Positions 1 to 9,679 of a stretch of DNA of 64,000 nucleotides are shown one piece after another. A program made the translations under genes and the position numbers. The notes beneath the pieces are model-generated. The model ran no database searches. It saw only the letters and a list, made by a program, of their open reading frames with translations, and was not told where the DNA came from. This DNA comes from Candidatus Latescibacterota bacterium (GTDB taxonomy: Bacteria > Latescibacterota > UBA2968 > UBA8231). The stretch is from assembly GCA_965243025.1 (NCBI GenBank), contig CBDETY010000003.1, forward strand, positions 1,824,001-1,888,000, written 5' to 3'. How positions within the stretch are numbered: the stretch's first letter is position 1; the number at the start of each line of letters is the position of its first letter.

Positions 1-595
1 GCAGGATTTCCAGGGTGTGGCCGTTCGCCAGGTAGGCGACGCGCCCGTTCCCATACTCGTACGCCCAGCCCGCCGGCGATTCCCTTCCGTCCCGCCCGAT
101 GCTTTTCAACAGCAGTTCAACGCGCTCGTAGTCGAACCAAAGGAAGTGCTGCTCGTCGACGATCTCGAAATCCGAGACGCCCGCGGAAACGGGATGGTCG
201 CGGTTTACGACCCGAACCTCGAAAGGCAATACCGGAGGATGCCCCTGGAAATAGCCGCCCAGGACGCGCCGGTAGGGCCCGCGCCAGGGATAGGCCCACC
301 CGGAGTTGTGCAGGGGCAGGAAGCCGCCTCCGCTGCGCACGAAAGCCTCGACAGCCTCTTCCTGAGCCGGGAGCATCCAGACCTCGTGCGGCTCTTCGTG
401 CCCGTTGGGCCACTCCATGCCGTCGCGGAGAATGGCGAGCACCCGCTTGCCCTCGAGAAGCCTGCTGTCCAGGCTCTCGAAATCGGTTGTGTACTCGACG
501 TCGAGGCCGGCCGACTCGAGCGCAGGTCCGACCCCCGCAAAGGCATCCTCCGCCTTGTGGTAACGATCTCCGGCCAACAGTATCGCGTCTGCCAT
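1..595 (-). CDS. ThuA-like (trehalose utilization / class I glutamine amidotransferase-like) domain protein, 3' end runs off the window
   Basis: Not in the ORF track. Manual translation from ATG 595 (GGAG RBS upstream): MADAILLAGDRYH...FVRSGGGFLPLHNS...LGGYFQGHPP...HPVSAGVSDFEIVDEQH...GWAYEYGNGRVAYLANGH, the typical ThuA pattern. Confidence 0.75.
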   Translation of the reverse strand, partial: MADAILLAGDRYHKAEDAFAGVGPALESAGLDVEYTTDFESLDSRLLEGKRVLAILRDGMEWPNGHEEPHEVWMLPAQEEAVEAFVRSGGGFLPLHNSGWAYPWRGPYRRVLGGYFQGHPPVLPFEVRVVNRDHPVSAGVSDFEIVDEQHFLWFDYERVELLLKSIGRDGRESPAGWAYEYGNGRVAYLANGHTLEIL

Positions 596-765
596 GCGGG
601 CATTCTCCGGTGGAAGGATGGATATCTTACGGCAATCGCTTCTCTATTCAACCCGGCCCGTTCGTGAACCAGCACCCGGATTTCCTGCTGCCCCACAACT
701 GCCGCGGAACACAGCCCTGCCCGAAATATCCTGACGGCCTCCGAAAGAAGAATCGGACAGGACCA

Positions 766-1491
766 CTATCCAAGCAGGACGGCGAGGATTCCCGCCCCAG
801 CGACAAGTGTCAGGGCGGCCGACCGGTAGGACCGTTCCGAAACCCGCCGCTTCAGCCGCACTCCCGCGAGGAAGCCGGCCGCGATTCCGGGCAAGGAGCA
901 GGCGCTCAGGGCAATCGTATCGATATCAAGCAGACCGCCTGTACGGAAAACCAGTGCGATGGAGAAATGCAGAATCAGGAAGTAACCGATGAGATCGGCT
1001 CTCAAGGCGGTGTGCGGCCATCGCTGCTTGAGTCCCAGAAGGACCACCGGCGGGCCGGTCATGCCGCTGACCCCACCCATCAAACCGCTGAGCAGACCGG
1101 CGCCGCAGGTGGCAAGGGTTGGCCTGGCAAGGGGTTTTCCCGATTTCAGCGCCATCATCCCGGCCCCAGTCAGGGCAACCAGGCCCGTCGCCGTGCGCAT
1201 GAAGTCGGCGTCGAAGGTCGCGAGAACGTAAACGCCCGCAGGTACGCCGACCATGGCGCAGACGTACAGGTGCAGAACCCGGCCTGGGTTGATTTCCCGA
1301 ATGGAATTGACCGCGAGCAGAAGGGACAGTGGCAGCCAGCTGATGACCACTACCGGAACAGCCTGGTCCGGGGGAAGAAACAGGATGGTTATCGGCGTTG
1401 CGATCATCGCAAAGCCGAACCCCGTAACCGAGACGACCAGGGCTGCAAAGGCGAAGAGCGAGTTGAGAAAGACGACTGTCGAAATGTCCAT
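766..1491 (-). CDS. TauE/SafE family sulfite exporter-like membrane protein
   Basis: Hydrophobic; VTGFGFAMIATP and SGLMGGVSGMTGPPVVL repeat motifs; start chosen at MDISTVV. Confidence 0.8.
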   Translation of the reverse strand: MDISTVVFLNSLFAFAALVVSVTGFGFAMIATPITILFLPPDQAVPVVVISWLPLSLLLAVNSIREINPGRVLHLYVCAMVGVPAGVYVLATFDADFMRTATGLVALTGAGMMALKSGKPLARPTLATCGAGLLSGLMGGVSGMTGPPVVLLGLKQRWPHTALRADLIGYFLILHFSIALVFRTGGLLDIDTIALSACSLPGIAAGFLAGVRLKRRVSERSYRSAALTLVAGAGILAVLLG

Positions 1492-1851
1492 CGAGGCTAT
1501 TGAGGAAGACCGCAATCGGAGCGGCGGAAAGACCCGGATCCCTGGCTCGTTTGGTGGAATTTGCGGTCTTTCGCCGACCATCCCCGCGGCTGCCCCCATT
1601 CAACCCCCATCCGGCAGCTTCGTTCACAGGGGTTCATGGGCGGATGGCTGAATCAGTTCCGGCCAAGTGTTCGCCAAATGCCGCCTGCTCCACTGGCGAA
1701 ATAGCGTTGGCGTGGGCTGCCGCGCCAGCAAGGGACGGTCCCGGAAGGTCGGGGGCCCCGACCGCGCATCTGAATCGAATTCCGCGCGCACCGACCGACT
1801 GCACCCGGTCGGACTGTTGTTTCCCGCTCGCAGGTCTGAACTTATCACATC

Positions 1852-3612
1852 ATGAATGTGCAGGTGGAAACAGTCAGTCTTGCAAGGGCGAGGGAGATTT
1901 CCCGGACTCTTTATCCGCATCAGGTTGAAGGCCTCGCGTTCCTGCTTGGCCGCAGACGCTCGATACTCGCCGACGACATGGGTCTGGGAAAGACCCGCCA
2001 GTCGATTCTCGGGCTGACCGAGGCCACCGAGGCAGGACCGTACCTGGTCGTCTGTCCGGCGTCGGTCAAGAGAAACTGGGTGCGTGAGATCCTGATGGTC
2101 CTTCCCGAAGCCGAGACGCATATCGCCGGCCCGGCACCGGTACCCGAACCGGGCTTCGGCGGCTGGTTGGTTCTCAACTACGACATTCTTCACCGCCAGG
2201 TCGACGCGCTTCTGGCACACGACTGGAAAGCGCTGGTGTTCGACGAAGCCCACTACCTCAAGAACCACCGCTCCATCCGCAGTCGAACGGCGACGCGCAT
2301 CGTCGCCGAGGCCGCGGGGAACCCGGTCGTTCACGCCCTTACCGGGACCCCGCTGACCAACAGGCCCCGGGACCTGTTTCCCCTGCTCCAGCTGGTCGGC
2401 CACTCGCTGGGACGCAGCTTTCTCTCCTTTTCCCGGCGCTACTGCAACGGTCACAGGAACGACTACGGGTACTGGGAGTCTTCGGGTGCCAGCAACGTCC
2501 AGGAGCTGTCGGTACAGCTTCACGGCACCATGCTGCGCCGCACCAAGGCGGAGGTTCTCGACCTTCCGGCGAAGGTGCGGACCTGGATCGACATCGACGT
2601 CCCCCAGCGCGCCATCGACCGCATGAACGAGGCGGTCGCGCGGTTTCTCGGGCCCGATGCGGAGCGCGACCGCCGCGGTTACAGGATGGGGATCGGCCAG
2701 CTCCAGGGCGCCCGCCGAATCATGGCCGCGGTCAAGGCGCGACAGACCCTTGAATTCGCCCAGGGAGTTGTCGAACAGGGTGAGAAGGTCCTCCTGTTCT
2801 CCGGGTTCGTGAACCCCATCGAGCGTTTCGCCCGGCACTTCGGGAAACAGGCGGTGGTTGTTTCCGGGGAAGTGCCGCAGGCGCGACGCCAGGCCCTCGT
2901 CGACCGTTTCCAGGAAGAGGAAGAGGTGCGCGTGTACGTCGGGCAAATCCACGCGGGGGGGATGGGAGTCAACCTGACCGCGGCCAGCCAGGTGGTCTTC
3001 AACGACCTCGACTGGGTGCCTGCCAATCACTTCCAGGCCGAAGACCGGGCCCATCGCATCGGACAGACAGGCACCGTCAACGTAACCTACATCGTAGCCA
3101 GGGGCACGATCGAGGAATTCGTGCGCACGGTCCTGGAAACAAAAGCCCGGCTGGTCGACGATGTCGTCGAGGGCCGCTCTTTTGCGCCCGACCTCGATAC
3201 CGACGTCCTCGCCGAACTGAAGCGGATGCTCAAGGTCCTCGGAGGGCACATCGAGACGGTCGGGGGGGACCTGTCTGCGGATGACCTGCTTTCCCGCCTG
3301 CGGGAAGCGAGCAACGCCTATCTCGAGGATCAGGGCCGCCTGCAGCCTGGACTGCGGGCGGCTCTCACCCCGGTTTCGGACCAGGCGATCCGCGCCCTGG
3401 CAAGCGTGCTGACAGGCCCGCGGAGACGGCTGTTCCGGGCCCCCAGCGCGCGGCAGGAAGGCCGCTTCTACAGCCTCGAAGTCGTCGGAACGGACATCGC
3501 CTGCGAGTGCAAGGGGTTTTCCTACCGGGGCACCTGCGCCCACGTTCGCGAGCTGAAGGCCTGCCTGGTCGCCGGCGCGCAGCTGCCGGACGGCTTCGAG
3601 AGAATCGAGTGA
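1852..3612 (+). CDS. SNF2-family (SMARCAL1/HARP-like) helicase with C-terminal SWIM zinc finger
   Basis: LYPHQ, LADDMGLGKT, VVCPASV, DEAH, LTGTP, QAEDRAHRIGQ; C-terminal CECKGFSYRGTCAH. Confidence 0.85.
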   Translation: MNVQVETVSLARAREISRTLYPHQVEGLAFLLGRRRSILADDMGLGKTRQSILGLTEATEAGPYLVVCPASVKRNWVREILMVLPEAETHIAGPAPVPEPGFGGWLVLNYDILHRQVDALLAHDWKALVFDEAHYLKNHRSIRSRTATRIVAEAAGNPVVHALTGTPLTNRPRDLFPLLQLVGHSLGRSFLSFSRRYCNGHRNDYGYWESSGASNVQELSVQLHGTMLRRTKAEVLDLPAKVRTWIDIDVPQRAIDRMNEAVARFLGPDAERDRRGYRMGIGQLQGARRIMAAVKARQTLEFAQGVVEQGEKVLLFSGFVNPIERFARHFGKQAVVVSGEVPQARRQALVDRFQEEEEVRVYVGQIHAGGMGVNLTAASQVVFNDLDWVPANHFQAEDRAHRIGQTGTVNVTYIVARGTIEEFVRTVLETKARLVDDVVEGRSFAPDLDTDVLAELKRMLKVLGGHIETVGGDLSADDLLSRLREASNAYLEDQGRLQPGLRAALTPVSDQAIRALASVLTGPRRRLFRAPSARQEGRFYSLEVVGTDIACECKGFSYRGTCAHVRELKACLVAGAQLPDGFERIE

Positions 3613-3766
3613 CGGCCCGGCCTCTACAGACCGGAACGAAAACCGGGACCATGTCATTTCACGATACAGACCGCACGACCGCGGCCGCCGCGTGCGAACG
3701 GCGCCCGGAACCGATTGCGCCAGTCCGGCGCCCAAACCAATCATGCGACCTCGGGAGATTCGGAAA

Positions 3767-5134
3767 ATGACCCGGAAGCAGATCGACACTGCCGCGATAC
3801 GGAAACGCGACCGCGACCACGTCTGGCATCCCCTGTTCCAGCACAGCCAGCTCGAGCAACAGGACCTGATGGTGCTGGACAGGGGAGAGGGCTGTTACCT
3901 CTTCGACAGCGAAGGGCGGCGGTACCTCGACGGATACTCCGGGCTGTGGAACGTGAATGTCGGCTACGGCCGGAATGAGATCGCCGCGGCCGTGCACGAG
4001 CAGCTGCAGCGGCTCTCCTACTATCCGCAGTCCCAGATCAACGAGCCGGCGGCGATGCTTGCAGCCCGCCTGGCGGAGATCCTGCCGGGAGACCTGCGCC
4101 ACGTGTTCTACTCCAACAGCGGCTCGGAGGCGAACGAGACCGCCTTCAAGATCGCCCGGCAGTACGGACGCCAGAAGTTCCCGGGGCAGAATCGCTACAA
4201 GATCATTTCACGATACCAGGGTTATCACGGATTCACCTTCGGGGCGATGTCGGCGACCGGCCAGACGAGCCGGCGCTCGAAGTTCGAACCCCTGGTTCCC
4301 GGATTCCTGCATGTCGACCCCCCTTACTGCTTCCGCTGCCCCCTCAAGCTGACCTACCCCGGCTGCGGTGTAGCCTGTGTCGAGGAGATCGAGGAAGTGA
4401 TCAGACGGGAGGATCCGGAAACCGTGGCGGCAGTGGTCGCCGAACCGGTCATCGGAGGGGGCGGGGTGATCGTGCCCCCGGACGAGTACCTGCCTCGCCT
4501 GCGGGCGATCTGCGACCGCTACGGGGTGCTGCTGATCCTCGACGAGGTGATTACCGGTTTCGGCCGCACCGGAGCGCTCTTCGCGGCCCAGCACTGGGAC
4601 GTGGTACCTGACATGATGACCCTCGCCAAGGGGGTGACCAGCGGCTACCTGCCGCTGGCCGCCTGCGTCGTGCGGCCCCACGTCTTCGAGACCTTTCTCG
4701 GAGAGCCGGGAGAAAGGCGCGAACTTGCCCAGGTATCGACCTATGGAGGCCATCCGGCCTGTTGCGCCGCGGCCCTCGCCAACATCGATATCCTGCTCGG
4801 GGAGCGGTTGAGCGAGAATGCGGAGAAAGTCGGTTCCTATCTGCTCAACAAGCTAGCTGCTCTGAGGTCACCGGTGTTGGGAGAGGTGCGGGGCAAGGGG
4901 TTGATGCTTGCCCTGGAACTTACCGAACCGGACGGAAGGGAACTGCTGAACGCCGGTGCGACCGCTGCGGTGAAAGGCGGGATTCGGGACGCGGGCGTCC
5001 TCGTCGGGCAGATGAGCCACGTGATACCCGCCCCGGAGAGCATCCTGTACCTGGCTCCCCCGCTGATCCTGACCAGGGAAGAGGCGGACGCGATCGTCGA
5101 CGCAGTGACTGCGGGGCTGCGGCGGGCGGCCTGA
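3767..5134 (+). CDS. Class III PLP aminotransferase (BioA/YhxA/taurine-pyruvate transaminase-like)
   Basis: YLDGYSGLWNVNVGYG, NSGSEANETA, YHG, DEVITGFGRTG, AKGVTSGYLPL, TYGGHP. Confidence 0.85.
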   Translation: MTRKQIDTAAIRKRDRDHVWHPLFQHSQLEQQDLMVLDRGEGCYLFDSEGRRYLDGYSGLWNVNVGYGRNEIAAAVHEQLQRLSYYPQSQINEPAAMLAARLAEILPGDLRHVFYSNSGSEANETAFKIARQYGRQKFPGQNRYKIISRYQGYHGFTFGAMSATGQTSRRSKFEPLVPGFLHVDPPYCFRCPLKLTYPGCGVACVEEIEEVIRREDPETVAAVVAEPVIGGGGVIVPPDEYLPRLRAICDRYGVLLILDEVITGFGRTGALFAAQHWDVVPDMMTLAKGVTSGYLPLAACVVRPHVFETFLGEPGERRELAQVSTYGGHPACCAAALANIDILLGERLSENAEKVGSYLLNKLAALRSPVLGEVRGKGLMLALELTEPDGRELLNAGATAAVKGGIRDAGVLVGQMSHVIPAPESILYLAPPLILTREEADAIVDAVTAGLRRAA

Positions 5135-5146
5135 CCGGGCTGCTTC

Positions 5147-5839
5147 TCAGGCCCTCCCGGTGAGAAGGTTGACGAGCAGGTCGGTGGCCTCCCCGGCGCT
5201 CATGCGGCCGGTGTTGATCGTCAGGTGGTAGAGCAGAAGGTCGTCCCAGTCCGCGTCGTGGTAGTTTCTCAGGTACAGCTTGCGCCAGCGATCGTGCTGT
5301 TCGACCAGCTCCTTCGCCTGGTCGAAGCTGACGTTGCGCGACTGCATCAGGCGCTCGCACCGGACCTCGAGGGGAGCGATGATCTTCACGTGCACGGCGT
5401 TGCCGCGGCCGGACAGGATCAACTGGCTGGCGCGGCCGACGATGACCGCCTTGCCGGCTTCGCCGTAGTCCTGAATCAGGGTGGTTATGAGAAGCTGGTA
5501 AGTACCCCGATCGAGGTAGGCGGCCTGTTCCCCTCCCTCCCTTTCGAGAACGTATGGGAATTCCAGGCCGAACTCGGGGAAATAGGCCGCCGACGAGAGC
5601 GGGAAGCCCCCAGGGCTCATTTCCGGAACGAGCAGACGTTTCAGGAAATAGCGAACCCTCCCCTCCCCCTTCTCGTCGTACTTCTCCACCTCCTCGACCG
5701 AGGTGTCGGTAATGCTGGCAATCTCCTCCACGAGACGGCGATCGACATACTCGTAACCGAGGGCCTTGGCGACGTTCTCGGCGATGCGGTCTCCCTCGCT
5801 GCCGAGCTGACGGGAGACGGTGACTACATCCAATTCCAC
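5147..5839 (-). CDS. Cytidylate kinase-like family protein
   Basis: C-terminal part of ORF 5147..7384: VTVSRQLGSEGDRIA, VIVGRASQ, APLEVRCER, DRWRKLYLRNY, YHLTINTG; GTG/TTG start uncertain. Confidence 0.75.
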   Translation of the reverse strand: MELDVVTVSRQLGSEGDRIAENVAKALGYEYVDRRLVEEIASITDTSVEEVEKYDEKGEGRVRYFLKRLLVPEMSPGGFPLSSAAYFPEFGLEFPYVLEREGGEQAAYLDRGTYQLLITTLIQDYGEAGKAVIVGRASQLILSGRGNAVHVKIIAPLEVRCERLMQSRNVSFDQAKELVEQHDRWRKLYLRNYHDADWDDLLLYHLTINTGRMSAGEATDLLVNLLTGRA

Positions 5840-5938
5840 GTCGGATCCGATCCTCTGTTCCGGTCGCTGCCAAACTAACCAATCCACCTGCCCCGGGCAA
5901 CAAACCTCGGGGTTCCCCGCCGGGCCGGGAAAATCGAC

Positions 5939-7327
5939 GTGGAAATAAAACCCGGGAGTGGTTATCTTAAGACGAGAGTTGCAGTTACGGCCTTTCCCAA
6001 GGGATTGTTCTCCGCCTTTGGAAGCCTCCGTTATCCCCCTCAGCAGAACTTGCCCAGAAGCGCCCTCCGCATCCTCGTAGCCGTCCAGAATCCCGCAACG
6101 GAAGAGGCCCTCGTGCGTCTTGCGGCGACCCTCGCGTCGCTGCCGGGGGGCCAGCTTCATTTGACCCATGTCCTGCGGTCGAACGGCACCAGCGAAGCCG
6201 ACCGCAACCGCACTCTGTCGCGCGCGGCAGCATTGGCAAAGGAAGCAGGCGCGGATGCGGAACCCCACCTGCTGAAAGGTGAGGACGTCACCGAGGTCAT
6301 CAAGTCCGCGGCCAGGGGCTGGGAATGCAACATGATGGTCATGGGCTGGTACGGAGACGTGAATCGCCAGGCCGTTCTCTCTTCCGACAACCGGTCGCTG
6401 GCCAAATCCGTCGACCTCGACACGCTGATCTTCAAGGACAAGAGCTTCCGCCCGGCCCGCAGGATCATCGTCCCCACCGGCGGCGGCAGCCACTCCCTGA
6501 TGGGGCTGCAGATCGCCGCCGACCTGGCCCAGGCATGGGGCTCCGAGCTGCGCGTGCTGAGGGTGGCCAGGGACCGTGAATGCCGGCCGCGGGATCCGAT
6601 TCTGGAGCGCTACTGCAGCCAGGTGTACGCGGACACGGCGTTGCGGTTGAAGCTGCTCGGAATCGTTGCGGACATCGACGTCGTCCCTTCCGTCGACATA
6701 GTGGAACCGATCATCGAGCGCACCCGCAAAGAGGACTTCCTCGTTCTCGGGGCTTCCAACGACTGGAGGCAGGAGGAGTTTCTGGCCGGCTCGATTCCGG
6801 ATGAGATCGCCTTTGAATCCCCCTGCTCGGTCCTGATGGTGAGGTCGCGGTCGACCGCAAACAACAGGTTGAGCGGGATCTTTTTCGAAAATACCGTCCG
6901 CCTCCATCTGCAAACCCGGGACAAGTGGGACGCAATCGGACAGATGGTCGACGTCCTCGTTGAGGAGAGACAGATCCCCGCTTCCCAGCGCGACCAGGTT
7001 CTCGCCTCGGCACTGAATCGCGAGCGCAAGAGCAGCACCGCCATGGGGAGGGAGACGGCGATTCCCCATGCGGCGATCGACAACCTCCCCGGCATCATAG
7101 GCGCCCTCGGTATCTGCCGGGAAGGGGTCGACTTCGACGGACCGGACGGAGAGCCGGTGCGCTACATCTTCCTTCTCCTGACTCCACGGCAGAACTACCG
7201 CAGCTACATTCCCGTGCTCGGCCAGATCGCCTCGCTGATGCGGGGGGAGAAAATACGGGAGGAGTTGCTGGCCTGCCGTACCCCCGCCGAACTCACCGGC
7301 CTCCTGAAACGCCGGGAATCCGCTTGA
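5939..7327 (+). CDS. Universal stress protein domains fused to a PTS EIIA (PtsN/fructose-type) domain
   Basis: RILVAVQNP, RIIVPTGGGSHS, LVLGAS...GSIPDEIAFESPCSVLMV (USP); RERKSSTAMGRETAIPHA...GVDFDGPDGEPVRYIFLLL (EIIA with phosphoacceptor His). Confidence 0.8.
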   Translation: MEIKPGSGYLKTRVAVTAFPKGLFSAFGSLRYPPQQNLPRSALRILVAVQNPATEEALVRLAATLASLPGGQLHLTHVLRSNGTSEADRNRTLSRAAALAKEAGADAEPHLLKGEDVTEVIKSAARGWECNMMVMGWYGDVNRQAVLSSDNRSLAKSVDLDTLIFKDKSFRPARRIIVPTGGGSHSLMGLQIAADLAQAWGSELRVLRVARDRECRPRDPILERYCSQVYADTALRLKLLGIVADIDVVPSVDIVEPIIERTRKEDFLVLGASNDWRQEEFLAGSIPDEIAFESPCSVLMVRSRSTANNRLSGIFFENTVRLHLQTRDKWDAIGQMVDVLVEERQIPASQRDQVLASALNRERKSSTAMGRETAIPHAAIDNLPGIIGALGICREGVDFDGPDGEPVRYIFLLLTPRQNYRSYIPVLGQIASLMRGEKIREELLACRTPAELTGLLKRRESA

Positions 7328-7392
7328 GAGCCGCTGCATAGAAACTGGCCGGCCTCGGAGCCCAGGCTCCTCAAGCGGTTGCAAAGGCTTTT

Positions 7393-8334
7393 ATCAACCA
7401 GAACTTCAGTTCCCGCCCCGCCGCCGCCGTCGATCTCGGAACCAACACCATTCTGATGGTCGTGGGCAGGAGGCGCTCGCCACGCCCGGACGACATCGAG
7501 ATCCTCGACGACGCCCACGCGATCGCGCGGCTCGGCCAGGGGGTCGATGCCGAGCGCCGCATTCATCCCGAGGCGATCGATCGCGTCTGCGATTGTCTGC
7601 TGCGCTACCGCGAGAGGGCGGCTGGCGCCGGGACGACCTGGATACGGGCATACGGAACCTCGGCGCTGCGCGACGCCACCAACAAGAGAGAGTTCACCGC
7701 TGCGGTGGCCGTCAGAACCGGGGTGGAGCTCGTCGAGCTTTCCGGGGCTGAGGAAGCCCGCCTGACCTTCACGGGGGCGGCCTTCGGACTGGATCTCCCC
7801 GAGCGCTACGGGGTCGTCGACATCGGCGGAGGCTCTACCGAATTTGCGCTCGGAAACCGTGACGGAACGGTGGAAAAATCGGTCTCGGTCGACGTCGGCG
7901 CGGTCCGCGTCAGCGAGCGGTTCTTTCCTTCCCTGCCCCCCTCCCCGCAGCAAGCCGCAGGTGCGAAGGAGATGATTGCCAGTGTCATGGCGGGTCTCTT
8001 CCAAGTCCCCTCGCGGATCCCGGTCGTCGGGGTAGCCGGAACGGTTACGACCCTCGGGGCGCTCGACCGGGGGATCGAGCGCTTCGACTCAGCGGAGCTC
8101 GACGGCCACCTTCTGACGCGTTCCCGCGTGGCCGAGTTGAGCGACATGCTTCTGGGTTCGGGCCTCGATGAGATCCGGGCGTTCCCACAGGTGAGCGAAC
8201 AGCGCGCTGACATAATCACCGCAGGTTCGCTGATACTTCGACGGTTTCTGGAACAGTCCGGCCTGCCCGCGGTCACCGTTTCGACCAAGGGAATCCGGTA
8301 CGGACTGCTGCAGCAGATGCTTGCCGGGGAATAG
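7393..8334 (+). CDS. ppx: Ppx/GppA family exopolyphosphatase
   Basis: AAVDLGTNT (upstream of the track's ATG), GTSALRDATN, SGAEEARLTF, DIGGGSTE, RADIITAG, GIRYGLL; start codon uncertain (see findings). Confidence 0.85.
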   Translation: MNQNFSSRPAAAVDLGTNTILMVVGRRRSPRPDDIEILDDAHAIARLGQGVDAERRIHPEAIDRVCDCLLRYRERAAGAGTTWIRAYGTSALRDATNKREFTAAVAVRTGVELVELSGAEEARLTFTGAAFGLDLPERYGVVDIGGGSTEFALGNRDGTVEKSVSVDVGAVRVSERFFPSLPPSPQQAAGAKEMIASVMAGLFQVPSRIPVVGVAGTVTTLGALDRGIERFDSAELDGHLLTRSRVAELSDMLLGSGLDEIRAFPQVSEQRADIITAGSLILRRFLEQSGLPAVTVSTKGIRYGLLQQMLAGE

Positions 8335-8402
8335 AAGCGAGAGAGAGGCAGCGCAGATGCGGCCTGGGTGAAGTTGTTCCCCGGAGCGGACCTGGGCGGG
8401 AT

Positions 8403-9665
8403 TTACCTCGACACGGTTGCCCGGTGGTCAATTACCGACAGGTCCCGGCCAGCTGGGCCGGCACCCGGGATCGACGACGTGCCGCCCACCTCGACACCCC
8501 ACCGGTACGAGCGGCCCTTCCAGTCGAAGCGGCCGAGCCCCCCGAACAGACCGACGGCGACGATGTAGAGCGGTTGACTGAGGGTCCAGGGCAGGAACTG
8601 CCAGTGCAGATCCCGACGCTGAAAGACCTGTCTCGAACGCGCGAAAAGCGCTCCCTCTGCGGCGCTCTTCGCCAGCCAGGCAGCGGCCACGGAGAACCAG
8701 CTCGCAGCTCCCCACCAGGCGAGGACCGGAGCGGCCAGAAGCATGGCGCTCATGGCGAAGGTGCAGGCGAGGTAGGCGAAGAAAGGCGGGTCGAGAAGGG
8801 CCTGGAAGGGGGCGTTCGATGCCCAACGGCTGCGCTTCGCGAGAAGTCCTGACAGCGACGAGGAGGGCGGGTGGACAACATGCACGGCTGCATCCCCCGC
8901 AAACAGGATGCGCCACCGCCGCGTTCGCCGGATGAGCTGCATCAGGAGCACGTCGTCGCCCGAACCCCGGTGCATGATGCGGCTGTACCCGCCGACCTCG
9001 TCGAAGGCTGCCTTGCGGAAGCCGAGACTCTGTCCCGATGCCGCCAGCGCCCGCCCGCGGCCGGCGCCGGCAGCAGCGGCTGCCATAAGGTTCAGGAAAT
9101 CGACCGCTTCCCACCCTCCGAGCAGACCCAGCCGGCCGCTGTCGCGCCGTATTCCGGCGTAGCCGATAACCATGCCGACCGCGTCGTCATCGAAACGGCG
9201 CGCCATGGACGCCGCCCAGGTTGGAGGCAGGCGGCAGTCGGCGTCGGTCGTCAGGACGACCTCCCCTTCCGCTTTCTCGACCCCCAGCGACAGGGCTCTC
9301 TTTTTCGATCCGGGGCCGCCGGTAATCCCGTCGGTCCGGAGGATGGTCAGGCGCAGACCGGTGCCGCGAGCGAACTCTTTGGCGATCTTCGCTGTGCCGT
9401 CGCTCGAGCCGTCGTCGACGAGGATCACTTCGAACCATTCGGCGGGAAGCGTCTGACGGGCAAGCCCCCGCAGGCAGGAGGCGATGTGGTCCTCCTCGTT
9501 GCGGGCAGCGATAACGATGGAGATGCGCCGCTCGGGGAGATGGGTCTTTTCCCGGTTTCGGTTGTCCTCCCCGCAATTTGCCAGTCCCTGCCGGAACCAG
9601 AGAACGCCCGCGGCGTAGACGGCCGTGAAACCTGCCAGCGACAGCTCGATGAGAGACGAGTCCAC
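8403..9665 (-). CDS. Glycosyltransferase family 2, membrane-anchored
   Basis: SIVIAARNEE, VDDGSSDGT, TDADC, SGDDVLL, KRSRWAS, C-terminal TM helices and WKGR. Confidence 0.85.
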   Translation of the reverse strand: MDSSLIELSLAGFTAVYAAGVLWFRQGLANCGEDNRNREKTHLPERRISIVIAARNEEDHIASCLRGLARQTLPAEWFEVILVDDGSSDGTAKIAKEFARGTGLRLTILRTDGITGGPGSKKRALSLGVEKAEGEVVLTTDADCRLPPTWAASMARRFDDDAVGMVIGYAGIRRDSGRLGLLGGWEAVDFLNLMAAAAAGAGRGRALAASGQSLGFRKAAFDEVGGYSRIMHRGSGDDVLLMQLIRRTRRWRILFAGDAAVHVVHPPSSSLSGLLAKRSRWASNAPFQALLDPPFFAYLACTFAMSAMLLAAPVLAWWGAASWFSVAAAWLAKSAAEGALFARSRQVFQRRDLHWQFLPWTLSQPLYIVAVGLFGGLGRFDWKGRSYRWGVEVGGTSSIPGAGPAGRDLSVIDHRATVSR

Positions 9666-9679
9666 CGACCGGAGGGGGG

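Noticed and set aside
17-667. 216-aa + strand ORF
   Set aside because: Shadow of the minus-strand ThuA-like gene, which the track missed because it runs off the window edge.
5840-7384. 745-aa ORF as one long protein
   Set aside because: Only the last ~230 aa are a recognisable domain; the rest is antisense to the USP-EIIA gene.
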